From positions 29,591,787 through 29,626,149 of the forward strand of contig JBOZIK010000001.1 in assembly GCA_051453625.1 (NCBI GenBank): a stretch of 34,363 nt of DNA, read 5' to 3'. Origin of the DNA: Welwitschia mirabilis (taxonomy: Eukaryota). Made by a program: the position numbers and the translations under genes. Shown here one piece after another: positions 11,450-23,284 of this stretch (position 1 is the stretch's first letter; the number at the start of each line of letters is the position of its first letter). The notes beneath the pieces were generated by a model, which saw nothing but the letters and a program-made list of their open reading frames with translations, made no database searches and had not been told where the DNA came from.

Positions 11450-12703
11450 AAAGCTAAATAGACTGAGGCTGAGGCTATTACTATAGAATAAGAGGTAGGC
11501 CCTTTAGTAAAGCCAGAGATTGAGCATGTAAATTCCATGCATTTGCCACCTTGACACGGTTGCTCTTTGAGAATTTAGACTACTAACATTCATATTGAGT
11601 AATATTTTGGAGATTTTATGAGCCATATAAATCTTGAGGTAAATCAAAAATTGACAGATTTACAGATCCATTGAATCATAGATGTACATGGATCTTATTA
11701 TGTATTAGAGATAAGAGAATTTTATAATATCATGCACATAGAGAGGTGACCTAACGCTCATGGTCAGCTTTAGAATATGATCATTGCCTTCATACGAGAC
11801 CATGCGATAGCCATACTTCAATCCCACATTACAATTATTATAGATCTTAAAGGGCTTAGGAGTATGTACATTCATTCAGCTAGTGGAACAGAGGAGCATC
11901 GAGCCTGTAACATAATTTTAGACATATTAGCTGACCCGACCACTAACTGATGAGGGATGAATGTTACCCAGCTAACCCCTACCTATAGAGTATTAAATAG
12001 AGGACTGATTCATAATATTAGTTCATCATTTTATGATAGTCATACCATGATGGTACACCTTCAAATTTTAGCAGCTTTTCAATAAGAAAAGAAGATGGAC
12101 TTACTGACTTTTATCTGGAGGAGGCTTAGATCTACGATAGAGGCATGACACCTATAAAAATTTGGTTACTCATGTCTTCTCTTAGCTCCTTTTAGACAAT
12201 TTAGGATACTAAAGTTCATGGATGAGCAGTGTCTTTCAAACATTCATACATCTATTCGCTATCTACAGGACATGGGTATACAGGTTCTAAGAGAGGCAAA
12301 GACCTTAAGTATAGAGACCTATAGTTAGAGCTTCTTTAGAGCAGATTTAGAATCTTATGACTAAGATCATCAAGACTATTAGAGGTTTCATGAATAGAGG
12401 TATCTAGGCACTTAATCAGAGGATCCAAACTTTTCAAAAGATAGTTAAGCAATGGATCCTATCCATTAAGAGGAGAGTACAGCACATAGAAAACCAGATG
12501 GTGGACATGCACTTGTGCATTATCTCTATTTAGCAGAGTGTAACTATAGATATTTCTAAGACAGTTCATATCTAGAGCAATGAGACAATTAGATCCATTA
12601 TTATGTCTTTATATGTCTATCTCCCTATGGATTTTGAGCATACTCCTCCTTTTTTCCTTGCTTCTAAGCTAGCTGTTGAGCCTCAGTTCATCAAGCATAG
12701 ATG
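11450..12703 (+). pseudogene. Degenerate extra (env-like) ORF of G1; boundaries approximate
   Basis: A higher-GC, coding-like island downstream of pol. It reads LEVNQKLTDLQIH*IIDVHGSYYVLEIREFYIIM (~11633-11734), resembling the YxxLVREFY motif of Athila extra ORFs. The C-terminal part is amphipathic/coiled-coil-like (NLMTKIIKTIRGFMNRGI*ALNQRIQTFQKIVKQWILSIKRRVQHIENQMVDM). Confidence 0.65.
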
Positions 12704-12903
12704 AGGGAAGTGATTTTGCATTGTATTTTGTATCTCCCCTTTTATACTAAAAACTGTCTTTTAATATTATATAGACATATTATTTTTTAGAATGATGTAT
12801 TCATTTTCTTTGATTTTACATAATTATCTTTTAATTCTTATAATGAGGATTTATTTATACTTGAGCAAATTTTTCATTCTTAACTGTTTATTTAAGTGAG
12901 GGA

Positions 12904-14256
12904 TGTTTATTATGTTTAACTAATTATCTGTAGAAATAAAATTATATTATAGGTTCTAGATTTCAAAGCTTTTTTCTGAGCCTATCATCCCCCTAGACGA
13001 TGATCTAGATAACTAACTATTGAGCTTATGGTAGATGTTTTGTTTATTTTTTCTAATTTTTTAAAAATTCAATTTTTATCTCTATAATTTCTACAAATAT
13101 TTCTGAGATAATTTCCTCAAGTATCCTAGTTATTTTATTATCTAATAAGTTAGCTCGCAAACATTGTTTACCACCTGATTTTGTTAAGAAGTGACAAGGC
13201 TAAGTAAGAGGCTATGTTGCATTGCCAACTTATTCATATTTGATAGGGTATTTCAATTTGTTTTGTAGGTAAATAAATAGGTAAAAGCTTGATTTCTATG
13301 ATAATGAAGAGATAGGACAAAAATGATGAAAATATGCGATCTCCATGATAATTTACAGCATTCTAAATAAATATGAATACTTTGTATTTTAAAGATAACT
13401 TCCTGCAAACATTGAGGCTAATGAAATAACTAAAGAATTATTGAAGGCCATCATCCACCTCATCATTTAAACAACTGTGCAGACAACTGTGCCAATTAGA
13501 TGCTAACTAAAGTCTATCTAGCAACTGATATGGATTGATTATGAAATGGCACATCTCCTCTATTGTTTGGACAACTAACTAGATGACACTATAATAATGT
13601 CTAGACTAAACATTCATCAAACTTTCGCTAGTTGTATTTTCATTTTCCCCTTGTATGGCTATTATAGTTTATCTGCATCTTTATATCTTTTTTGTTATGT
13701 ATTTAATTCAATAAATAGAGATCTCACCCTTGACTCCTGCTTATCTTCATTTGCACTAGAAATTCTTGTGACAAAAGATTGAAGAGGTAGAGATCCATCC
13801 TATAGTTTCAAAAAAATATTTCCTTGGTATTGAATGGAATTTCCTTCATTGATGTATGCCTACTTTATAAAAAAAATATTGTTTGATTCTTAATACAAAA
13901 CATTTACTTTTATACTTTTAATGTGTAATCGTTTCTTACTCTTATAACTTATGTTGCTTCTGATCCAGTGATAGTTTCTCTAGTGATATAGGTTATTAGG
14001 GCAACCTTTATTAAGGTTGTGCTTGGTTAGTTTAGGTTAAATGCATTATTGTTTTCTTTTTCTAGATTAGCTTTATAAAAGTGCATTTTATTTTACTTTC
14101 ATGCATTGTAAGTTATTTCTATAGATTAGGATATAAGTATTTCTTTGAAAAGCAACTCTCTTATTTCCTACTTTGGCCTTTGATAGATTACAATTTTTAG
14201 GTCACTTTCATCTATATTAGTATGTAGTATTTGTGCATCACTATTTCTAATTAACA
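12904..14256 (+). repeat. Putative 3' LTR of G1 (~1.35 kb)
   Basis: Preceded by the Athila-like PPT TAAGTGAGGGA (~12893-12903). The termini TGTTTATTA...TAATTAACA form an 8/9 inverted repeat. TATA-like AATAAATAGAG at ~13710. It shares the ATCRTC..CTAGAYGAT motif with the G1 internal region. No second LTR copy is available to confirm the boundaries. Confidence 0.55.
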
Positions 14257-14413
14257 ACATTTTACTTAGGATGAAAATATTACATAAATACGCATCATAA
14301 TAATACATTTGAAAGAAACATAAGCAACTAACTAATTATTCCGCTTTCAACACAAATGACAAAGGAGGGAAAAAACACAAGAATCAAAGAAAATCATAAG
14401 CATAAAAAGAGAT

Positions 14414-15444
14414 CTAGTCAGATTCCTTTACTTCCTCCTCTTCTAATTCTTCTTTAGAATCTTCTTCTTTTGATTCTTCCTCTTTTTCATCTACCTTCAT
14501 GATGAGCTTTGGCTTCTTTTGAAGTATTAAAAAATGCATACCCAGCTACAATTAAAGCTTTTTCCATGTGCTTAGTATGAGAGTTAATTCATCTCAGGTA
14601 TGAAATAGTCTCCTCTGGAGAGGCTTACTTGTAAGAAGGGGATTTAGAGGACTTCTTATATCCAATAAAGCTATGTATGTAATACAACATTGCATGACCA
14701 ACAGGTAACATGGGTTGAAGGGTTTCAAGCTTTAGGTAAAAAGTTACTCGATAATGATGGCACATATTTGTAATTAATATAGAATAGGATAAATCCTTAG
14801 TTCTATGATGCTCTAATTAATAAATCATATTTTTAAGTATAATTGTAAGGGCATTAATGGAGTTTCTAGTTCCTATCAAGTACATCGAATAGGTCCTATA
14901 ATTGGAGGCCTCATCATGGCAACCCCGTAAAGGCAAGAAATTATAGATAAAAACCAAGTAAAGAAATCTATCCTTTGCAGTAAGTAAAGAAGTAGAAATA
15001 GTATGCTTCTAGTTATGGAAATTATCATGAAGCTCCCTTGTAACCTCTACTTTATTTTTTATGGAGTTACAAAGAGGCTAAAACCCTCATAATCTCCTCT
15101 TTGAAGATCAGTAATAGCCATAATGAAGTTTGTAGTCACTTTCATCCTCTTCTCCAAAACGAGGATTTTAAGGATTCTAGTGTCAATTTACTATAAGACA
15201 TCCTAATAAGAAAAGGATAAAATGGACTTAAAACATCAACAAAATAAGACAAAACTAGATCTTGCAAGATTTGGATCATATCTCTAAGCTCTAAAGTAGT
15301 AACAGAACTTTTTTGTCTCATAGGCTTCTTCTTAAACTTCTTAGTGAACTTGTCTAAAGCATCTTTAGACTTTCCTTAGTAGAAATAAGAAGGTTCTCTA
15401 TTAGAAACCTCTTTTATCCTTCTTGTAGGAGGTTTTTTAGCCAT
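14414..15444 (-). pseudogene. Degenerate Sirevirus env-like ORF of B
   Basis: MAKKPPTRRIKEVS...LQDLVLSYFVDVLSPFYPFLIRMSYSKL... ending in the acidic tail KVDEKEEESKEEDSKEELEEEVKESD*. It lies between RNase H and the PPT region. Confidence 0.7.
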
Positions 15445-15774
15445 TGCAACCATTTGGTAGGAGCTTAAAGATAAGAAAATCTAAGAAAAACACTAGATCT
15501 GAAGGAGACAAGTGGTTAGAAAATAATGAAAAAGATTTGGATCCACTTGTTTTTAAAGAGAAGATCAATTAGATTGATTTAATAAAGAAATTTAGTGTAC
15601 CAACAAATCTTCCACACTGTAACCCTATAAGTCTAGTAGACTAGTTTAAGTTTTGGTTGACTCTTCTAGATGCAGATCTATAACAATGTTAGGATTTATG
15701 TAATTAGGCTTTTAGTCTAATAAATCAACCACCTCTAGTTAACTGAATAATAGATCCAACTAATCACCCTATAA

Positions 15775-18700
15775 TCAGCTAGAGGATAGTGAGACAACCC
15801 CTAGTCTGTTTTGAAGATAAAGAAAATTATCAAAGTTTAGGGGTTTGGTAAAGATATCTGCCAGTTGACGATCTTGACTAATAAAATTCATAGTAATATT
15901 TTTTCAACTTGATCTCTTAAAAAGTGGTGTCTTAATTTAATTTGTTTGGTTTTAGAATATTGAATAGGATTTTTAGAAATATTTATAGCTCTGGTGTTAT
16001 TATGAAAAATAGGAACTTATTCAAAATTTATACCAAAGTCCTTTAGTATTTCCTTCATCCAAAGGAGATGAGCACAACAACTTCCTATTATAATATACTC
16101 AGATTTTTCTATTTAAAGAAAGCTTGAATTTTTCTTTTTTCTTACCCATTCCATTAAGCACGATCCTAATAGAAAACAATTACCACTTGTGCTCTTTCTA
16201 TTGTCCTTACATCTAGTCCAATCTACATCACTAAAATCTAGAAGGTCAAAGGATGTCTTCATACGATACCACAAACCATAATCACATATTTTCTTTATAT
16301 GTTTAATTATTGTTTTTACTATTTATAAGTGTAATTCTTTTAATTGTGTTTGGTGTGTTGCATAGATACTAATACTAAACATTATATTTAGTCTACTTAT
16401 AGTCAAACATAATAAACTTATAATCATACTCCTATAAAGTTTTTGATTTAGTGATTTTCTCTTTTCATCCAAATAAATTTTACAGGATGTTAACATACGA
16501 GTGTTAGTTGTATTAGCATTCTCCAATCCAAAATATTTGATTAAATTGTTTGCATTTTTAGATTAAAAATAAATATTATATTCTTAATTTACTTAGTTTG
16601 TAATCCAAGGAATATTTTCACTTCACCAAGCATGCTCATTTCAAAATGTATTATCATAATTTTTTAAAATTCTTTTGACAATACTTTGTTAAAGGCATCA
16701 AATATGATATCATTCACATAAATTTGTATAATGATAAAATCCTTTTTCAAATTCTTAACAAATAAAGTCTTACCTGCCTTTTCATGAATATAACCATTAA
16801 CATTTAAAATAGTGGTTAACTTTTCATACCAAGCTCTTTGAGCTTGCTTTAATTCATACAAAACCTTCTTAAGTCTATAAACATGAACAAATTTATTAGG
16901 ATCTACAAAACCTTGTGGTTTCTATCATAAACTTATCCATTTAGAGTTTTATTTAAAAATGCACTCTTTACAACTATTTGATACACTTTGAATTTTTTTC
17001 AATGCTATAAATAATAAAAAATTCNNNNNNNNNNNNNNNNNNNNNNNNNNNNNNNNNNNNNNNNNNNNNNNNNNNNNNNNNNNNNNNNNNNNNNNNNNNN
17101 NNNNNNNNNNNNNNNNNNNNNNNNNNNNNNNNNNNNNNNNNNNNNNNNNNNNNNNNNNNNNNNNNNNNNNNNNNNNNNNNNNNNNNNNNNNNNNNNNNNN
17201 NNNNNNNNNNNNNNNNNNNNNNNNNNNNNNNNNNNNNNNNNNNNNNNNNNNNNNNNNNNNNNNNNNNNNNNNNNNNNNNNNNNNNNNNNNNNNNNNNNNN
17301 NNNNNNNNNNNNNNNNNNNNNNNNNNNNNNNNNNNNNNNNNNNNNNNNNNNNNNNNNNNNNNNNNNNNNNNNNNNNNNNNNNNNNNNNNNNNNNNNNNNN
17401 NNNNNNNNNNNNNNNNNNNNNNNNNNNNNNNNNNNNNNNNNNNNNNNNNNNNNNNNNNNNNNNNNNNNNNNNNNNNNNNNNNNNNNNNNNNNNNNNNNNN
17501 NNNNNNNNNNNNNNNNNNNNNNNNNNNNNNNNNNNNNNNNNNNNNNNNNNNNNNNNNNNNNNNNNNNNNNNNNNNNNNNNNNNNNNNNNNNNNNNTCTTT
17601 ATCACATTTATTCTTAAAGATCCACTTAGTTCCAACGATATTTTTGTATTTTGGCCTTTCTATAAGCTTCCAAACATCATTTCTGTTGAATTATAGCTAT
17701 TATTCATTCTTTATGAGATTTGTCTTCTTTAAATTTCTTAGGCTCTATTTGAGAAAAGTAACAAATGTGGGCATAGAAATTTTTCATAGAGCTCCTTGTC
17801 TTTATCTTTGAGCTAACTTCTCTAGTAATAGATCTAAAAAAGGGATTTTTTAGCTCTTTAAATTTTTTAATTATTACTTCTTTTATAGGAACTTTTTCTT
17901 TTTTAGTAGATACTACTTCAATTATAAGGGTGCTTGGAGATATGTCTTTCTCATCATTTGAACAAGTAGATCTTGTGCTAATATTATTAATTTGCATGTT
18001 TGTTGATTCTTCTATAGTTAAACTTCTCTTTTTGAAAACATGGTAAGCTCTACTTATAGTTGAATATCCTAAAAATATAGCTTTATCAGCCTCAGACTCA
18101 AATTTTCTTAGATGTTCTCTATCTTTTAGCATAAAAAATTTACTTCTAAATACTTTAAAATAAGAGATATTTGATTATCTTCCTTTTTACAATTCATATG
18201 GCATTTTATCCATAATGAATCTAAGATAAACTCTATTAGTGATATAATATGTAGTGCTAACAACCTCATCCCAAAATGATTTTGAAATCTCCTTGTCATT
18301 TAACATAGTTCTTATCATTTTTTGAAAGACTCTGTTCTTTCTTTTAGTAATACCATTTTGTTATGCTGTTTTAAAGGTTAAAAATTGATGATCAATTCCA
18401 TTATTAATGTAATATTTCTTTAAATAATGATTTTTTAATTCACCACCATAATCACTTCTTATCTTTTTTATGTTGTATTCTTTCTTGTTTTGAATTTTAT
18501 TACATATCTCAACCTAATGTTTGTAAGTTTTATATTTGTTTGATAAAAAAGAAATCCATGTATATCTAGAGAAATCATCAACCATAGTAAGAAAATAAAA
18601 TTACCTCCTAAACATTGAGTTTAAATGGGACTTACCAAGTTCGTATGAATAAGTTATAATAGCATAGTTGTGGGACCTTAGTTTTTACTCTTATGTGAAG

Positions 18701-20806
18701 TTATTATTTGTTTTCCCTTTTGGCACACATCACATAAATCATGTATCTTCACATTTATTTTTGGAATAACTTTGACAATTTCTTTATGAATAATCATTCT
18801 TAATCAATTATAATTAACATGACCTAAATGTTTATGCCAAAGCTCTTCTTGAATAACATGAGAAACATAATAAAGAGAAAATAATTGATCTATGCTATAA
18901 ATGTTGTCTATTCTATTTGCTTTAAGAATAACATCATTTGTTTTACCATGAAAAATTTCACATTTAGACCTATCAAAAATGACCTTATGAACTTTGTCAT
19001 AAATTTGGCTAATACTCAGTAAATTATGCTTTAAATCATTGACATATAAAACTTCATTTATTCTAGGTAAGTTACCTCTACTAATGCTTCTAATTCCTTT
19101 GATTCTTGCTTTTTCATTATCACCAAAGATAACTTCTCCTTTATTGAAGTTATTTAGCTATTTAAATTGAGACTTGTCTCCCATCATAGATCAATAAAAG
19201 CCATTGTCCAAATACCAGCTAATGTCTTTTAAAATCTTAAAAGCTATCTGAATCAAAAGACTTTTTAAATCATTAGCCTTCATCCACTTAGTCCTTTTAA
19301 ACTGATGTGGTATACCTCCTTTTGAAATAAATTTAAATGGAAAGGAACTAACTAAATTTAAAAATAACATCAATTTTCTAGCATTGTAAAAATGTTTTAA
19401 ATGATCTAACTTGTCATAGAAATGACAAGTAACTTTAGAAATGAACTTATTTTTCCAAGTTACTTGTTTTTGCTAACTTTGTATTCCTTAGGGAATGAAA
19501 CCAACACCTGACTTATCATGAGCAGGTTTTCAAAATCCAAGCATCTATTCTAATTATAGTTAGCACATTTTGTAATGGAGGAATAATTACACTTTAATGA
19601 GAGATTTGATAATTTTATTTAGATCATTTATTCACTTTGCCAACTTTTCACATTTCAAGTACAGTTCTTAATAGGTTTCTTTGAGCTCATCCTGATCTTC
19701 TTCAATAACATCTAAATCATCAGGTTCTAATGTGCTAGGCAAGTTTTGTAATGGAGGAATAATTGCCATGAAGGAAGTATCATATATCCATCTAAATATT
19801 TGCTTGAACTACTATCATCATCCTCATCCACATTATTCCACATTCTAATAAATGAAGATGTCTTTGATTTTCTTTATTCTCTCTTGTTGTTCAGGAACTC
19901 ATTTGCCATGGGTCCAAAGCCCTTACATACATAGTAATGGGTCTCTTTTCCTTTGTCTTAATTCTTCCTATAATTTGAATGTCCCCTTCTTGTACCTCTA
20001 TTTGGCTTACTTTCCTTCTTTCTTTTATGCAAAAAATTCTAGAATCTTTTTTCTAGAAAAGCAATTTCATTATCATCTAGATCTTTATTTAATTTCTCTG
20101 ACCTATACTCTTTCTACACACACTTCAAAATAGTACCTTTCTTGTTATCTTTAGACAATTTAAATTTATATGTTTACACATTATCTTGGAGTTATTATAG
20201 TGTCATTATATTGATATTCTTACTTTCTTTGATTGCTATGACTTTTAATTTAAATCTCTTTAGAAGGGATCTTAGCACTTTTTGGATCACTTTTGCTTCA
20301 TCTAATCTTTTACCTATACTTATCATGGAATTGATGATGTCAATAAGTCTGGCAAAAAACTTCTATAAAGTCTCCTCCTTATCCATATGAATGTCTTAAA
20401 ATTTTAAAATAAACATTTAAAGTTTTACTTGCTTAACTATGGATGTCCCTTCATGTGCAACTTAAAGAATATTTCATGCCTTCTTTACATGTTCACAACT
20501 TAAAATCCGTTTGAATTTATCTACATAAACTACACAAAATATAACATTAAGAGCATGGATGTCTATGATAGCTTTGAATCTATTGGTGGAAGTCCATTGA
20601 TCTCAAGTTTTTAAAACTAAAATGGTATTACCATTGGCATTAATTTTCACTAAAGTTGACATAGTATATCCTTTGTAAATAACCTCTTTAATATATACAT
20701 CTAAGAATCTAAGGAAGATTCTCATTTAGGATTTCTAATAAGTATAATTTAACTCATTGAATATAGGTAAATAAGTAATAGAAAAACCATCAGTATGATT
20801 ACTCAT
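15775..20806 (-). pseudogene. Degenerate copia gag-pol of B
   Basis: Start MSNHTDGFSITYLPIFN (20806). Gag: KVIQKVLRSLLKRFKLKVIAIKES. PR: ISWYLDNG (~19200-19223). INT: LWHKHLGHVN, VDDFSRYTWISFL, IRSDYGGE and AIFLGYSTISRAYHVF. RT: LKQAQRAWYEKL and IQIYVNDIIF. RH: KSTSGNCFLLG and QLADIFTKPL. Confidence 0.92.
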
Positions 20807-21332
20807 TTTGAGTTCTAGAGTCTAGATGTATTAAAATATTAACACAGACTCAACATAGCTTTGATAACAAATATAGGATCGAGAATGNNNNNNNNNNNNN
20901 NNNNNNNNNNNNNNNNNNNNNNNNNNNNNNNNNNNNNNNNNNNNNNNNNNNNNNNNNNNNNNNNNNNNNNNNNNNNNNNNNNNNNNNNNNNNNNNNNNNN
21001 NNNNNNNNNNNNNNNNNNNNNNNNNNNNNNNNNNNNNNNNNNNNNNNNNNNNNNNNNNNNNNNNNNNNNNNNNNNNNNNNNNNNNNNNNNNNNNNNNNNN
21101 NNNNNNNNNNNNNNNNNNNNNNNNNNNNNNNNNNNNNNNNNNNNNNNNNNNNNNNNNNNNNNNNNNNNNNNNNNNNNNNNNNNNNNNNNNNNNNNNNNNN
21201 NNNNNNNNNNNNNNNNNNNNNNNNNNNNNNNNNNNNNNNNNNNNNNNNNNNNNNNNNNNNNNNNNNNNNNNNNNNNNNNNNNNNNNNNNNNNNNNNNNNN
21301 NNNNNNNNNNNNNNNNNNNNNGACTCAACATA

Positions 21333-21344
21333 GCTTTGATAACA
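21333..21344 (-). promoter_or_regulatory. Degenerate primer-binding site (tRNA-iMet type) of B; duplicated at 20858-20869 across the N gap
   Basis: Minus strand reads TGTTATCAAAGC versus canonical TGGTATCAGAGC (10/12), 2 nt after the LTR end GATCCTATA. Confidence 0.75.
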
Positions 21345-21346
21345 AA

Positions 21347-22619
21347 TATAGGATCGAGAATGTTAGGTTTGAGGGGTGGGGGAGGAGGGGAGGGGAAGGG
21401 AATAGAATTCTAAAAATTTATTAAATAATGTTTAAAATAAAAATACTTTACTTAAAAATGAATCACTAAAAAGTTATGCATAAAAAATGAAAGTATTCTG
21501 AAAAATAAAAACAATAGAAAGCATAGAAATATCAATTAAAAGCATACAAGATTTATAATGGTTTGGGAAACCTGCTACTCCACTCTTGGTAATCAGCTTC
21601 TCATCAAGCCTAATCCAAATCTTTATTAATCTCTTCTAGATATTGCAAGTTCATCTATAACCTTTACAAATGGATTTTTTTTAAAGGCTCTATCTCAACT
21701 TTTTGCAAAAAAGCATAGTAGTGATTATAATATGCCCAAATGCATAGGTATCACTTGATCTTTAGCTCAATAAAAGTATTGAAGAACTTCTTTTGAAAAT
21801 GATATAATATAAAAATAAAGAATGCTACAGATCTAACCTTGTATACACATATATCATAGTTCTTTATTCGCCTTTAGTTAGGAAGGTAACGCTAAATGAG
21901 TAAGTCCACAAGATTCAAAATTTTAGTAAAAGAAGTAACAGTGATTTGACTCTTGGCTATATATAGTGGAAGACTTTTAGGGTTTTACAAGTAAAAAAAC
22001 TCTTCTAATGGGAAAAAATTAGATACATAATGGCTATAAAATTTGTGTTTCTATTATGGCTAGTCAACTTCTTAAATGTTTAGTGAACCCATTCTAGTAA
22101 TCGGCTATGAAGTATTGATGCTTAGTTCTCAAATATAGTCAACCCCTCAGTTGTCAGATCAACTCCTTAATGACTAGCTAGAAAGTAATGGGCACATAGT
22201 TCTTAAGTCTAGTCAACCTTTTAGATGTCTAGTTGACCTCTTTATGATTGATTCAAAGGTACTAGATACATAGTACTCAAGTCTAGTTGATTCCTCAGAT
22301 GTCCGATCAACCCCTTGATGATCAGTTTAGGAGTACTGGTTCTCAGGTTCACAGGTCTAGTTGACCTCTTAAATATCTAATCAATCCCTCTAAATTTAGT
22401 TCATTTCTAAATGTTTACTTTATATGTAGTCTACCCCTTAAAAGTCCAGTTGACTGCTCAAGAGGGTAACAAAACTTGACAAGGTTTAGAATCAAAATGT
22501 GATAAACATTACTTCAGCTTCTGACTTGTAAGTAATTAATATTTTTCAAAAAATATACAATAAATTTTGCTACATAGAAAACATTAGTTTAAAGTTAATT
22601 AGAAAATAATAATTTAATA
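21347..22619 (-). repeat. 5' LTR of element B (~1.27 kb)
   Basis: The minus-strand start TATTAAATTATTATTTTCTAATTAACTTTAAACTAATG aligns with the LTR A start TGTTAGGATTTTATTTTTGCCAATTGATATTAAACTAATA. The U5 motif CCAAGAGTGGAGTAG..CCAAACCATTATAAATC (21550-21589) nearly matches LTR A 3121-3160. TATA CTATATATAG at ~21957-21966 and a repeat array at 22050-22460. Confidence 0.8.
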
Positions 22620-23284
22620 GAAATATAAGTAAAATTAAGTAGGACTTTATACCATAATAAAAATATTGGAAAATATAACTCTAGAGGTATATGATTCTAA
22701 AGTAACCTTCCAAGCTAATGGGAAGAAAATAAAGATCTATTATTATCATAAATTATTTCTTAATTATTTAGAAAATACCTTCACTCTATTTATAAAATAA
22801 AAATTTTTAGACTAGATAATAAAGAACATGTCATTTCTTTAAAGTTTATTCAGGCTATCAATTCATTAATTTGTTAAAGATAAATTTAATGATTTTGAAA
22901 TAAGATGCTACCTTGATAAGTGTTCAATAGAAGATGGCGTATTATCCTTATTAAAAAGAATAAAAATACATGTTTTATCACATGATAGAATATTCTCTGA
23001 TAAATATATATATATATAATAAAAATAATACAATGTTCTATTACAAGTACCCCGGGGCAAACTTTTCTAATCGAGGCCTTTAGTAGTGCAATATGATATT
23101 TGTGAGAGCTCCACTAAGTAGTCAGTTGGCCATGATCTAAATTTTAAATATCTTGCAAATCTTTACTCCTCTAATAGTGGTTGTATTCTTCTCATTATGG
23201 TTAAATTTAATATGATAATAAAAGTTAAGAATAATTATACCCCAAGAATCATTTGAGACACATCTAGTTAACAAGGCTACAACT
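22620..23284 (+). mobile_element. Remnant G2: C-terminus of an older gypsy (Athila-like) integrase plus post-pol non-coding region
   Basis: Frame from 22621 reads KYK*N*VGLYTIIKILENITLEVYDSKVTFQANGKKIKIYY (decayed W-x-GPY...F-x-VNG-x-x-LK-x-Y module), with the stop at 22800. 23109-23199 resembles the G1 post-pol block at 9746-9819. Confidence 0.7.

Larger units (their letters stand above)
3302..14256 (+). mobile_element. Element G1: Athila-like Ty3/gypsy LTR retrotransposon (leader, gag-pol, env-like remnant, putative 3' LTR); 5' LTR not in window
   Basis: Domain order gag-PR-RT-RH-INT with Athila-type motifs. A long post-pol region contains an extra ORF remnant and is followed by a PPT and putative LTR. 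Confidence 0.85.
14257..22619 (-). mobile_element. Element B: Sirevirus (Ty1/copia) with 5' LTR, PBS, gag-pol and env-like ORF; 3' end cut off at the G1 junction
   Basis: Minus-strand order is LTR-PBS-gag-PR-INT-RT-RH-extra ORF-first PPT-like tract (~14334-14350, TTGAAAGCGGAATAATT on minus). No 3' LTR is present. Confidence 0.9.

Noticed and set aside
19852..20390. Plus-strand ORFs of 93 and 82 aa
   Set aside because: Antisense shadows of B's gag with no recognisable motifs.
2119..22619. LTR A and LTR B as the two ends or terminal inverted repeats of one large element
   Set aside because: They are in opposite orientation and only patchily similar. Each has its own PPT or PBS context and internal domain.
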